Positions 52,640 to 63,110 of a stretch of 64,000 bases of DNA are shown in pieces (positions within the stretch are counted from its first letter, which is position 1; each line of letters opens with the position of its first letter). The notes beneath the pieces are model-generated. The model was not told the origin of the DNA and did no database searches. It saw only the letters and a list, made by a program, of their open reading frames with translations. Both the position numbers and the translations under genes were made by a program. The stretch covers positions 122,092 through 186,091 of the forward strand of contig CAVQSP010000008.1 in NCBI GenBank assembly GCA_963715985.1, read 5' to 3'. Source of the stretch: an uncultured Thermoleophilia bacterium (lineage in GTDB: Bacteria; Actinomycetota; Thermoleophilia; UBA2241).

Positions 52640-53461
52640 ATGGCCGATGAGGAGGCAGCGCGGGAAGACGCTCGGCAGCCGGCGACACCGTTCACGCTGG
52701 TCGTCTCGGACGTGCACGCCTTCCCCGAGTTCCTCGAGAACGCCGTGCGACGTTCGGGGTTTCGTGCGGGGGTCGATCACCTGGTGTTCGCCGGCGACCT
52801 GCTCGACCGCGGCGGTCGACCGGGGGCGTGCCTGGAGCGGCTCGATGAGCTCCACGCCGAGATGCTGATCGGCGACCACGACCACGCCACGATGCTCGGC
52901 TACTTCATCGGCGAGCAGTCGCCGGCCAGCAGGGGCTACCGTCAGGCACTGCTGCGGCGCTTCAGCCGCGGCGCCCTGAGCCTGGCGACGCACGTGGATG
53001 GCGTGCTGATCAGCCACGCCGGGCTCTCGCGCGCCTTCGCCCCCGACTTCGCGGCGGTCGGGCGCGACCCCGTACGCCTGGCGCGCCTGATCAACGAGGA
53101 GTTCCGCCGCGACGTGGAGCGCCAGCTCTCCGTGGGGATGCAGCAGCCCGAGCCGCGGACCCTCGACGGGCACTCGCCGATGTGGCTGCGCGTCGACGAC
53201 ACCGACGTGGGGCCGGAGCGATTACTCGACGGAGTCGAGCAGATCGCCGGCCATACCACGCCGGGCGTCTTCTCGCCACTGGACCGAAGCCGACTTCCGC
53301 GCCGCCGGCCTGTACCTCATCGACCCGGGCAGCTACGGCCTCGGTCCGCGCGACCACCCGCGCCACTACCGCTACGCGGTGATCAGAGGCGGCATGGTGT
53401 CGGTCGAGGCCGGCACGGCGGACGCGGGAACGGGGGAGACGGCGGGTCACGCGAAGGGTGA
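52640..53461 (+). CDS. Metallophosphoesterase (indel near 53280; 3' end uncertain)
   Basis: VSDVH, FAGDLLDRG, IGDHD, ISHAG, IAGHT. Confidence 0.8.
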   Translation: MADEEAAREDARQPATPFTLVVSDVHAFPEFLENAVRRSGFRAGVDHLVFAGDLLDRGGRPGACLERLDELHAEMLIGDHDHATMLGYFIGEQSPASRGYRQALLRRFSRGALSLATHVDGVLISHAGLSRAFAPDFAAVGRDPVRLARLINEEFRRDVERQLSVGMQQPEPRTLDGHSPMWLRVDDTDVGPERLLDGVEQIAGHTTPGVFSPLDRSRLPRRRPVPHRPGQLRPRSARPPAPLPLRGDQRRHGVGRGRHGGRGNGGDGGSREG

Positions 53462-53548
53462 GGCGGGAGAAACCCCGGCCAACCCGCCGAACCTCCGGCC
53501 CCCGGCAGGAGGCCCGGGATGCGCGCCGGGTGCAGTCGATGCGCCGGC

Positions 53549-54673
53549 CTACTGCCCTGCGGAGGTCTTGACCTCGTCAACCCAATCGGCGATCGCAGCG
53601 ACGACCTTCGGGTCGACGTGGCCCGGCTTCTGGTACTCGAGCGGGCTGGGCGCTCCAGTGCCATTGAGAAAGAGGTGGTCCGCCTTCGGGAACCGCACGA
53701 CGGTCACACCCTTGCGCCCCATGAGGCCTTGTCGCCACACGTCGAGGTCGTCCGCCACCGTGACCTGGTAGTCGCGGTCGCCCTGCAGCAGCAGCAGCGG
53801 TTGCGGGATCGAGCGGGCCGTCGCCACCTCGTCGTAGCGAAGCCCGCTCAGGAAGTAGGCCGGTCCAGTCCCACCGAGGAGGACCGTCTCCGGGCTCTCC
53901 TTGTTGAGCGCGGCGGGGTTGTCGACCAACGCGGCCATGCGCTCCACCTCGGGTAGCTGCGCCTTGGCTTGCAGGCCGGTCGTGCCGGGAAGGGTCGCAA
54001 GATAGCGCAGCTGACGCAGCATCGCGGCGCCGAGAGGCTCGGTCCCTGCGGCGAGGAGGATGACCCCCGCCACCTGCGGCGCCCGCTTGGCGATGAGTGG
54101 GGCGTAGGTGCCACCCTGCGAGTGGCCGAGCACGAAGATCAGGTGGGGATCCACGGCCGGCTGGCGCTCCAGGAGGTGAAACGCCGCAAGCGCATCGGGC
54201 ACATACTCCTGGGTCGGCGTGAAGGTCCTTGGGTCGACACTCTGCGGGTAGTCACGGGTGCGCTTGTCGTAGCGGAGGGTGGCGATCCTCAGGGCGGCCA
54301 GGCCGAGGGCGATGTCCCTGAACGGCTTGTTCGGCCCGACCGTCTCGTCCTGGTCGCCCGGCCCCGAGCCGGAGACGAGGACGACCGCGGGGAAGGGGCC
54401 CTTGCCGGCGGGAACCGTGAGCGTTCCCTGTAGCGGCGGCGAGCCGACTTCCATGGGAATCTGCCGAACACCCGCAGCCGCACGTGCGGCAGGGGTCGCC
54501 GCCGAGGCGGATGGCGAGGCCGACGGTGCCACGCTCGGCGCCGTCGACGGCGAGCTCGAGGCCGTGGTGTCCGATCTGCCGCAAGCGGCGAGCACGAGCG
54601 CCTCGAGCAGGATGAGGAGCAGCGCCGCGACGAGCGCGGCACGTGTCGTGTGGATGCTCCGAGTCACCATCAC
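53549..54673 (-). CDS. Alpha/beta hydrolase lipoprotein
   Basis: Lipobox LAAC; GSGPGDQDE, RYDKR, GHSQGG, QGDRDYQV, DHLF. Confidence 0.88.
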   Translation of the reverse strand: MMVTRSIHTTRAALVAALLLILLEALVLAACGRSDTTASSSPSTAPSVAPSASPSASAATPAARAAAGVRQIPMEVGSPPLQGTLTVPAGKGPFPAVVLVSGSGPGDQDETVGPNKPFRDIALGLAALRIATLRYDKRTRDYPQSVDPRTFTPTQEYVPDALAAFHLLERQPAVDPHLIFVLGHSQGGTYAPLIAKRAPQVAGVILLAAGTEPLGAAMLRQLRYLATLPGTTGLQAKAQLPEVERMAALVDNPAALNKESPETVLLGGTGPAYFLSGLRYDEVATARSIPQPLLLLQGDRDYQVTVADDLDVWRQGLMGRKGVTVVRFPKADHLFLNGTGAPSPLEYQKPGHVDPKVVAAIADWVDEVKTSAGQ

Positions 54674-54795
54674 CAGCCCCTTCCCCTCGGCCCCTGAGAG
54701 AGCCGCTCCGCAGACCGTGCGTGCCGCTGCACCCTCTCAGGCCTCTCGTATGGCGACCGCCTACGCCCGGTGCATGGGGAGATCAAGCGTTTGCC

Positions 54796-56526
54796 TCAGC
54801 CCAACCGGGGCTGCGAGTGATGCAGGAAGTCGTCGACGCCGGCCGCGACGGTCTCGAAGAAGCGCGCGTCGCCGACGAGCTTCACGATCCCGTTGCGCTC
54901 CATGTCGTGGACCAGGCCGGTCGTGGCGCGGGCGAAGGCCAGCTCGACGCCGGCATCGCGCAGCTCGGCGATGAGCTCCTTGAGCATCGCCGCGGCGGTG
55001 GTGTCGAGGTGGGGCACGGCGCCGACGTGCACGAGCAGCTCGCACACGGGCGGGGTCTGGTCGCGGACCAGCGAGCGCACGGTCTCTCGGAACCAGCGCG
55101 CGTTGGCGAAGAAGAGCTCGCCGTCGATGCGCAGGATCACGAGGCCGGGGAAGGTCTGGCAATCGGGGTGATCCTCGATGCCGCGGTAGCGCAGCCGCTC
55201 GTCGTCGACCGCCCCGGGCGCCCGGCCGAGGACGGCGAAGCTGGGGCGGTAGGCGCGATACACGAGGGCCAACAGAGACAGGGTCACCGCGATCGCCAGT
55301 CCGATGAGGAGCCCGAACACGAGGACCCCTGCGAAGCACAGGATCGCGAGCACGAAGTCGGTCCGGTCGGTCGGGCGCAGGCGGCGCAACGCGCCGACGT
55401 CGACCAGGTGGGCGACGGCGACGATGACGATAGCCCCGAGCACCGCCTCGGGGAGGTCGTGGAACAGGGGCATGAGGAAGAGCATGGTGACGACCAGGAA
55501 GCAGAAGAGGATGATGCTCGAGAGCTGCGACTTCATGCCCGACGAGTCGGCCACCGCGGACCGCGACAGGCTGGCGTCGACGGCGAACCCCTGCAGCAGG
55601 CCGGCTCCGAGGTTGGCGACGCCGAGCGCGACGAGCTCCTGGTCGGCGTCGACTTCGTCGTGGTGCTTGGCGGCGAGCGAGCGCGCTCCGGCCACCGATT
55701 CGGCGAAGCAGATGAGCGCGAGAGCCGCGGCGTCGGGCAGGAGCTCGGTCACGTCGCCGAACCTGATGCTGGCCATGGTGAAGGAGGGCAGCCCGTCGGG
55801 GATCGTCCCGATGATCGCCACGCCGTACTGCTGCAGGTCGAACGCCGCGACCGCGGCGACCCCGAGCACGACGGCGACCAGCATGGCCGGCACCTTGGGC
55901 GCGTAGGCCCGCAGGCCGAAGATGACCCCCAGTGAAGCGACGCCGACGGCCAGCGTCGGCAGGCTGACCTCGCCGAGCTGCCGTACCACCACCTCGAGCT
56001 TGCCGAAGAATCCGGTGCCGCCGGCCTCCACGCCCAGCAGCTTGGGGATCTGGCTGACGATGATGACGAGGGCGAGGCCGGCGACGAATCCGGTCAGCAC
56101 GGGCCGCGCGAAGAAGTCGGCGATGAACCCGGCGCGCGCGAGGCCGGTCGCCAGCAGCAGTACGCCGACGAGAAGTGCGAGCAGCGCCGAGAGCGCGATG
56201 AAGCGGCCGCCGTCGCCGAGCGCGAGCGGCGCGACGACGGCCGCCGAATACGCCGCGACCGCCGAGCTCGGCCCTACAGTCAGCTGCCGGCAGGTGCCGA
56301 GGGCGGCGTACGCGAGCAGCGGCGCCAGCGCGGTGAACAGGCCGGTCTGGGGCGGCATCCCGGCGAGCGAGGCGTAGGCCATGCCCTCAGGTACGAGCAC
56401 CGCCCACACCGCCGCCGCCGCGATGAGATCCGGGCGCAGCCAGCGTCGCTGGTACTGCGGCAGCCAGAGACGGATGGGCAGCGAGGGTGGCTCCAGCCGG
56501 TACCAACGCACAGGCCGCGTCGCCAT
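54796..56526 (-). CDS. SulP family anion transporter with STAS domain
   Basis: PEGMAYASLAG, VGPSSA, DQELVALG, SLSRSA, IDGELFFAN, HLDTTA. Confidence 0.93.
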   Translation of the reverse strand: MATRPVRWYRLEPPSLPIRLWLPQYQRRWLRPDLIAAAAVWAVLVPEGMAYASLAGMPPQTGLFTALAPLLAYAALGTCRQLTVGPSSAVAAYSAAVVAPLALGDGGRFIALSALLALLVGVLLLATGLARAGFIADFFARPVLTGFVAGLALVIIVSQIPKLLGVEAGGTGFFGKLEVVVRQLGEVSLPTLAVGVASLGVIFGLRAYAPKVPAMLVAVVLGVAAVAAFDLQQYGVAIIGTIPDGLPSFTMASIRFGDVTELLPDAAALALICFAESVAGARSLAAKHHDEVDADQELVALGVANLGAGLLQGFAVDASLSRSAVADSSGMKSQLSSIILFCFLVVTMLFLMPLFHDLPEAVLGAIVIVAVAHLVDVGALRRLRPTDRTDFVLAILCFAGVLVFGLLIGLAIAVTLSLLALVYRAYRPSFAVLGRAPGAVDDERLRYRGIEDHPDCQTFPGLVILRIDGELFFANARWFRETVRSLVRDQTPPVCELLVHVGAVPHLDTTAAAMLKELIAELRDAGVELAFARATTGLVHDMERNGIVKLVGDARFFETVAAGVDDFLHHSQPRLG

Positions 56527-56797
56527 GCCCAGTCCTCCCCGTCGGCAGCGGAGCGCCGTTCGAGGCATTCTACGCCCTGCCGCGACGCTCATCGGGGTCC
56601 GCCCGTTGGGGCGCAGGATCCGTTCGCGCCGCTACGACTCGGCGTCATGCCTCCAGAACAGCCCGTGCATGGGCGGTAGTCCCCATGGCCTGAGCCCTGC
56701 GAAAGCGGACATCAGCCGGGCTCGCCAGCCGGCCACCACCGGCCACCACCGTCCCAGCAGGTGCCATCCGGCCCCAGCTCGCCCCATCCAGGCGCAC

Positions 56798-57094
56798 GGA
56801 TCTGGGTTGCAGAATGGTTGCAGAGGCGGGGGCTGGCGGAGGGTCTGGGTGGAGAAATCCCTGCAAATCAGTGGTAGCGCATACGGGATTCGAACCCGTG
56901 TTACCGCCGTGAGAGGGCGCCCCAGGAGGCCTATCCGATAGGGACCAGAGAGGTGCGCCTGGTCACAGCAAGTCACAAGAACTGTGGCCATTTGCAGCGA
57001 AAACCTGGAGCCGGTTTCCCCAGGCGTCCCAACGAAGGCAATCGCGGACCGGGCATTCTGGTTACAGAATGATTGCAGCGGCAGGTGCCAGGCA
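56798..57094. other. att-like recombination junction: arm motif, tRNA-Glu core, arm motif
   Basis: TTGCAG-N5-TTGCAG (56807-56823) and TTACAG-N5-TTGCAG (57062-57078) in direct orientation; inverted CTGCAAAT/ATTTGCAG (56861-56868/56990-56997) flank the tRNA fragment. Confidence 0.7.
56872..56919 (-). pseudogene. 3' half of tRNA-Glu(CTC) (att core)
   Basis: Minus strand CGCC-CTCTCAC-GGCGG-TAAC-ACGGGTTCGAATCCCGT-ATGCGCT-ACCA; no D-arm and no 5' acceptor strand upstream. Confidence 0.85.
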
Positions 57095-57167
57095 CGTGAT
57101 GCCGGGCATGCAGGAGGAAGCCGCCGAGAAGATCGACGCGGGACTGAGCGCGGCACTCGCGAGATAG
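57093..57167 (+). pseudogene. Tyrosine integrase C-terminal remnant 2
   Basis: HVMPGMQEEAAEKIDAGLSAALAR*, nearly identical to the end of remnant 1. Confidence 0.82.
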
Positions 57168-57251
57168 ACTCCGTGTCGCAGCCCACGCACGAGACGCAGC
57201 CGGCGGGAAGCCCGCTCGACGGCGTCCGGGAGTCGCGACCGGAGGCCCGTG

Positions 57252-57476
57252 CTACGCGTCAGGGTCTTGGCGATCCGCTCGCCGCCCATCGCCGCGGCGC
57301 GCCAGGATTGAGCCGATGACCACGCCGGCGCCGACGCCGAACGCGATGCCGAGCGCGAGCTGGTCCATGATGAGGCCGAGCGCGACCCCTACCCCCGCGC
57401 CGATGGCGATCCACACGCCGAGCGCGTTCGCCTTCTTCTTCGCGTCGGTGTCCGGCGCCTTGTTGCTCTTCGCCAT
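57252..57476 (-). CDS. Small glycine-zipper membrane protein
   Basis: RBS GAGGAGG; GVWIAIGAGVGVALG..LALGIAFGVGAGVVIG. Confidence 0.7.
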   Translation of the reverse strand: MAKSNKAPDTDAKKKANALGVWIAIGAGVGVALGLIMDQLALGIAFGVGAGVVIGSILARRGDGRRADRQDPDA

Positions 57477-57629
57477 GACGGCCTCCTCAAGTGCGCGTCG
57501 GTGTCTGGCCCGGTTGCAGGCGATGCCGCCGAGGAACGAGCCCAGAGGGCACGAGCAGCCAGAACGAGCTGCCGCGCCGCCTACCGCTCCATAGTCACCG
57601 CTCCGCCGGAGCATCTCGTTGCGGCCAGC

Positions 57630-57863
57630 CTATTTGTGGACGCGCGGGTGGCGGAACTCCACTGCCAGCACCCCGGCGAGGACCATCAACGCTACCCCGC
57701 CGGCCAGCAACCCGTAGGACACCCCAGGCGGGATGTCGCCCGCGCGCCAGGTGGCGCCGAACAGGGCGACGTACTGGTCCTCCGCCACGAGAAGGATCAC
57801 CAGTCCGAATGCGGTCACGCCAGCTCCGACTATCCCGAGCACCCACTCAGCCGCTCTCAGCAT
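57630..57863 (-). CDS. Small 2-TM hypothetical protein
   Basis: Two hydrophobic helices; purine-rich RBS. Confidence 0.55.
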   Translation of the reverse strand: MLRAAEWVLGIVGAGVTAFGLVILLVAEDQYVALFGATWRAGDIPPGVSYGLLAGGVALMVLAGVLAVEFRHPRVHK

Positions 57864-58178
57864 GGAGCACCCCCCTTGCGACACGCGTCGGTCCTTCCAG
57901 GGCCGACACCCCTATCCTCGTTGTCGACCGGTCCGGTGCCCTGCAAACGTTCAGTGCCCCGTCGGCCGAGAGCGCGGACGACGGAAGAGAGCCTCCCCAG
58001 TCTCAGCCTGGGCGGCCTGCGGGCCTCCTGAACGGCGGTCCTGACGGGCGGCCGCACACGAAGGTGGCCAGTTGCTCGCGAGGTAGGCGCGGCGTCGGGA
58101 TGAAGACTGCTCCCCCTCAGCCAGTCGCGGATCTGTACGACGCCGTGGCGGCACCTCACCGGCGTTCAAGTGGGCCGT

Positions 58179-58649
58179 CTAGCCCACTCCCTTGCGCATC
58201 GCTGCGACCATCGATGCGACAAGCAGGGCGCTGGTCAACACGGTCACGAGCCAGTACGAGCGATTGAGCGCGTGCATCGGGAGGCCCATGAGCAGGATCG
58301 CGCCGAAGAACAGGACGAGGTAGGGCACGAGGATGTCGTATCGGGGCGGTGAGCGGAATTCCACAGGTGCTACGTAGTCGACGATCAGCATGAGCGCCAC
58401 GAAGCACAGGTACACGACCGGTCCGATGTAGGCGAGTAGGCCGGCGTGCGACCTGAGGAAGGCCAGCAGGGCGACGAGGGTAGGCACGGCCAGCGCGATG
58501 ATCACATAGCCCAGCCGGTGATTGAGCGTCAAGGACCGGGTGCGGATCCTGGAGAAGAACCCGACGCTTTGCAGCACGTTAACGGAGTTCACGACTGCCC
58601 ACACCGTGAGCGACGCCCACCACGGACCTTGTCCCTGTTGTGCCTGCAT
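58179..58649 (-). CDS. Hypothetical multi-TM membrane protein
   Basis: About five TM helices; VDYVAPVEFRSP..LVPYLVLFFG. Confidence 0.7.
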   Translation of the reverse strand: MQAQQGQGPWWASLTVWAVVNSVNVLQSVGFFSRIRTRSLTLNHRLGYVIIALAVPTLVALLAFLRSHAGLLAYIGPVVYLCFVALMLIVDYVAPVEFRSPPRYDILVPYLVLFFGAILLMGLPMHALNRSYWLVTVLTSALLVASMVAAMRKGVG

Positions 58650-58982
58650 GCGCTCCCCCCGTTGGTGCTGCTCGTTCGCCTGACGAGGATTTCGCCTCGT
58701 CTCATACGTCGTGAGAGAGGCTGGGCAGGATCCGTAGGCCGTGCGAAAGCGGCGCTCTCCCAACTGAGCAAACGGCCGCCGAAGGGGACAAGTATAGCCG
58801 AGGATGCGGGACGTGACCGTCGTGGGCAGTCAGGGTCGCTGAACGGTCGCGACGTCGAAGACCGAGAAGGCGGGAGCGCTCCAGGTACGGCTCACATGAC
58901 GCACTCGCAGAGACGTCCCCTTCAAACGATACGATGAGCCTCCGGCAAGGGGAACCTGAGCGGACGGGAGGCATCCGCACCG

Positions 58983-59075
58983 ATGACTGCAGACGGACAC
59001 GCAGAGCACTACGTCTACCTCTATCGCGACAAGCGTGACCGAGTTCGCTCCGTCGGATAGGGCGGAGCTAGCAGG
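58983..59075 (+). pseudogene. N-terminal remnant of a GIY-YIG-like nuclease
   Basis: MTADGHAEHYVYLYRDKRDRVRSVG*GG resembles YVYxYxD...YVGxG with a premature TAG. Confidence 0.45.
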
Positions 59076-59081
59076 CCGCCT

Positions 59082-59291
59082 CTAGTCCGCGATCAGACCC
59101 CTGTAGAGCGCCTTGGCGGACTCGGTCCGCATCCCCTGTGCCAGTGCCAAGGAGATGTCGAACGCCTCGTCGCAGAGCAGGTTCATCTGCAGGTCGAATC
59201 CCGAAATGCCGAGCATCTCCGCCGCGATATCGAGCTCGACCCCGAAGACCACCTGCCGAAGCAACTGCTCCCGTTGCTCGCTGGAGATCAT
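59082..59291 (-). CDS. Hypothetical small protein
   Basis: 69-aa ORF with plausible codon usage; no recognised family. Confidence 0.4.
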   Translation of the reverse strand: MISSEQREQLLRQVVFGVELDIAAEMLGISGFDLQMNLLCDEAFDISLALAQGMRTESAKALYRGLIAD

Positions 59292-59834
59292 GTGGCGAGC
59301 CTACCCTCACGGACAGCGCCTGCCACCGTTGCGTCGGAAGCCAGATCGTCTGAGCCGGAGCATGTAAGCGCCGTGGCCGGCAGCGGACGCGTGCTTCCAC
59401 AGGCGTCCTAGTTCCCACGGGCGGCGACTACCGACCCAGCTGACCGGACGCAGTTGCGTTCCTGGGGCCACCGAGCGGCCTGGCTGTGCCGTGTCTGACG
59501 GTCCCCGCGTGAGGCCCAACGCGCGACGGGACTGGGTGGCCCCAGATCCCGAGGCCCCCCTTTCCTCTCCTGGGACCACGTCGTGGGGGTCCGTACACGC
59601 GCCTGCACCGCCTGGAGACACCTCAGGTAAATGGATGGCTGGGGAGAGGGAGGGGCGACCGGCGACGGCAGGTCCGCATCCCGGCAAGAGAAGCGGTCCT
59701 CTTCCTCGTCTCGACTCGCTCCTGGGTCGACGCTGGCGCGGCGCACTGACAACTGTCTCGGCATGGCCGTTCTCGGGAAGGCGTCCTGTGTACGTGCTGG
59801 CGCCGGCATGGCGCAGCGGAGATTGGAGGCTCAC

Positions 59835-60179
59835 ATGAACGAGCACTTCGAGGCCTACAAGAACGGATGGATCAAGGGCGACCTGGAGGCGGTGCTCTCG
59901 GCCTGCGCCGAGGACTTCGTCTACGACGATCCCATCGACGGGCGCATGGACAAGGCCCAGTTCGGCGCCTACTTCCGGGACCTGACGGAGGGCGGCCTGG
60001 TGGTCACCGAGGTGATCGGTGAGAAGACCGGCGACGACGAGATGGTGTGGTGCTGGTGGAGCTCCGACAACTGGGAGGGCGCGGCCTTGGCCAAGGTCGG
60101 GCCGCAGGGCCTGCACTGGCAGAAGATCACCTACTACGCGCGCGAGCCCAACGTGGTCGCAGAGCGGAGCAGCACCTAG
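59835..60179 (+). CDS. SnoaL/NTF2-like protein
   Basis: RBS GGAGG; WIKGDLEAVLSACAEDFVYDDP. Confidence 0.7.
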   Translation: MNEHFEAYKNGWIKGDLEAVLSACAEDFVYDDPIDGRMDKAQFGAYFRDLTEGGLVVTEVIGEKTGDDEMVWCWWSSDNWEGAALAKVGPQGLHWQKITYYAREPNVVAERSST

Positions 60180-60262
60180 CGAGCCAACGTCTTCGCCGCT
60201 TCGGCTGCGGGCCGACCGGCGACGGGACCGGCGGCGGAGATCGTGGAGACGAGGAGGGGACG

Positions 60263-60592
60263 GTGGATGTTCTGATCGAGTGGGAGCAGCTGCCCTGGGA
60301 CGAGCCCGAGGAGGAACCGCGGCCGGGCATGCGCAGCAAGACCCGGGTGCGCGACGGCCAAGAGGTGTGGCTGGCCGAGTTCTCGGAGGGGTTCGTCAGG
60401 GACGAGTGGTGCACCGAGGGGCACCTCTTCCATGTGCTCGAGGGCGAGTCTTCGATGCGCTTCAAGGACGGCAGGGTCATCCGTCTGCGGCCCGGTGACA
60501 CGGGCATCATCCTCGCCGGTGAGGCAGACGCCCATCGGGTGGAAGTGGCGGCCGGCGAACGCATCGTGATCATGGGCTTCGAGCAGCCCTGA
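60263..60592 (+). CDS. Cupin-domain protein
   Basis: WCTEGHLFHVLEGE, LRPGDTGII, AHRV. Confidence 0.78.
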   Translation: MDVLIEWEQLPWDEPEEEPRPGMRSKTRVRDGQEVWLAEFSEGFVRDEWCTEGHLFHVLEGESSMRFKDGRVIRLRPGDTGIILAGEADAHRVEVAAGERIVIMGFEQP

Positions 60593-60656
60593 GCGCACCT
60601 GCGCGACAAGCAGCAGGAGGCCCGCCACTCGGTCAACGGTAGCGGGCCTCCATCCG

Positions 60657-61088
60657 TTGGTGCGTCGCGGCCTGGAGGAGTCCTCCGCTGGCGTCACCCT
60701 CAAGGAGCCGAAGACGGCGCGCGGCGCGCGTACCCTCGCCCTGTCGCAGGTCACCGCCGAGGCCCTGCGCGAACACCGCCGGGCACGGCTTGAGATGCGC
60801 CTGCGCGTGGGCCCGGGCTTCAACGCCGGTGAGTTCGTCTTCCCCAGGCCCGACGGTGAACCCTGGCGGCCCTCCAACTTCGCCCGTGCCTGCGGGCCGG
60901 TCTTTGCGAAGGCCGGCCTCTCCTGCCGGGTCCACGACCTGCGCCACACGCACGCCACGATGCTGCTGCGCGCAGGCGTTCATCCCAAGGTCGTGCAGGA
61001 ACGCCTCGGACACGCCAACGTGGGCATCACTCTCGACATCTACTCGCACGTCTCCCCGCACATGCAATCGGATGCTGCAGAGAGCCTT
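60657..61088 (+). pseudogene. Tyrosine integrase C-terminal remnant 3
   Basis: EPKTARGARTLAL, HDLRHTHAT, ERLGHANVGITLDIYSH; the N-terminal domains and the first catalytic Arg box are missing. Confidence 0.88.
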
Positions 61089-61179
61089 GTCAGCCAGCAA
61101 CGAGCATCGAAGAGGCGGAGGGCGGCGGAGGTGAAGGGCATAGTGTGCTCCGCTGCACCATCGGCGATACTCTTTCGTA

Positions 61180-61740
<561 letters not shown>

Positions 61741-62057
61741 CAGAACGGCCTCGAGGCGACGAAGCTGGGGCGGCCTGGCATGCGCGTGCAGCGGACTCGC
61801 TCACGGCCTGTGACTCTTCGCTCGCCGCTGACGCGCTCTCCGTTCGGCAGACCTGTTCTGCTGGATCAAGCGCGCGATTGTGTTCCCAAAGAGGCGAGGC
61901 TGTGGGCACGTGGTGACCGCCGCTGCGTTCCCGCTACGAGCGCGGGTGCCACCACCCAGCGGCTGCGCATCGGACTATGCCGAACGACTGGATCGTCCAG
62001 GGCCCGGATCCGCAGGGCGCGGCTTTCCTGATCGTCGCTTAAGCAGAGGAGGCAACG

Positions 62058-62570
62058 ATGAAGAAGAACACGATCTGCCTGTGGTACGACAAGGACGCGG
62101 AAGAGGCTGCGCACTTCTACGCTCGGACGTTCCCCGACAGCACGGTCGGCGCGGTATTCCTGGCGCCTTCTGACTTTCCAGGCGGCAAGGCGGGCGACGT
62201 CCTGACGGTCGAGTTCACGGTGTTTGGGGTGCCGTGTCTTGGCCTCAACGGCGGGGACGTGTTCAAGCACAGCGAGGCGTTCTCCTTTCAGATCGCCACC
62301 GATGACCAGGCGGAGACCGATCGCTACTGGAACGCGATCGTCGGCAACGGCGGCGCGGAGAGCGCGTGCGGCTGGTGCAAGGACAGATGGGGTCTGTCGT
62401 GGCAGATCACACCGCGCGTCCTGACCGAGGCGCTGGCCAGGGGCGGCGATGTGGCGAAGCGCGCGTTCGAGGCGATGATGGAGATGCAGAAGATCGACGT
62501 GTCTTTGGTAGTCGCCCATCTCGATGGTCAGCTTCAGCCACTCTGTCAGTGTGGTCACCAACTCGCGTGA
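62058..62570 (+). CDS. VOC/PhnB (3-demethylubiquinone-9 methyltransferase-like) family protein with replaced tail
   Basis: ICLWYDKDAEEAA, GLNGG, AFSFQI, CGWCKDRWGLSWQI; sequence diverges after KIDV. Confidence 0.88.
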   Translation: MKKNTICLWYDKDAEEAAHFYARTFPDSTVGAVFLAPSDFPGGKAGDVLTVEFTVFGVPCLGLNGGDVFKHSEAFSFQIATDDQAETDRYWNAIVGNGGAESACGWCKDRWGLSWQITPRVLTEALARGGDVAKRAFEAMMEMQKIDVSLVVAHLDGQLQPLCQCGHQLA

Positions 62571-63110
62571 AGCGCCGTCGGCCTCGAGTGACGCGACCGC
62601 CTCATCTGCGAGCTGCAGCCAGCGACCTCGGCCGTCGTCCGGGAGCGCCAGCGCCATCTGGGCCAGCGCAGCCGAGCGAGTCTCGCCTTCCGCTCTCAGG
62701 CGGGCGATCGCCTCCTCCAGAGGGTTGGACCGCCTCCGCGCCTCGACCGAGTTGGATAGCCACCTTCGCCCACTCAAGGAGCAATGCTGAGCGCCGGGCA
62801 CTGTCCCGTGCGGCGTTCTCAAGGGCTCGCGCGTAGAGGCTCTCGGCTGCAGCCACGTCCAGGGGTCGCGCACGGTCACCGGCGAGCTCAGGGTCGCGGA
62901 CCGCAGGTCCTGCCACTGCGTCGGCGAGCCCGGTCTCCCCGGCCGCGCGGGCGAGCTCCAGCGCCGTGGCGTAGTGGTGGGCCAGGATCTCGGCGAGGTC
63001 CTCGACGCGGGCGCCGGCCTTGTCCTCGATCCAGCCCGCGACCGCGACCTGCTCGATGCCTCGGCCGAGCGCGCGGCGGAGCTGGCCGAGCGCGACCCAG
63101 TCGGCCTGCC
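62501..63110 (-). pseudogene. Internal fragment of an AAA-ATPase/TPR-type (cyclase-associated) protein
   Basis: AGWIEDKAGARVEDLAEILAHHYATALEL..LAGDRARPLDVAAAESLYARAL; frameshifted, no start. Confidence 0.55.

Noticed and set aside
56872-56950. Complete tRNA-Glu gene on the minus strand
   Set aside because: Upstream of the anticodon stem there is no D-arm and no strand complementary to the acceptor 3' side; it is a 3' fragment only.
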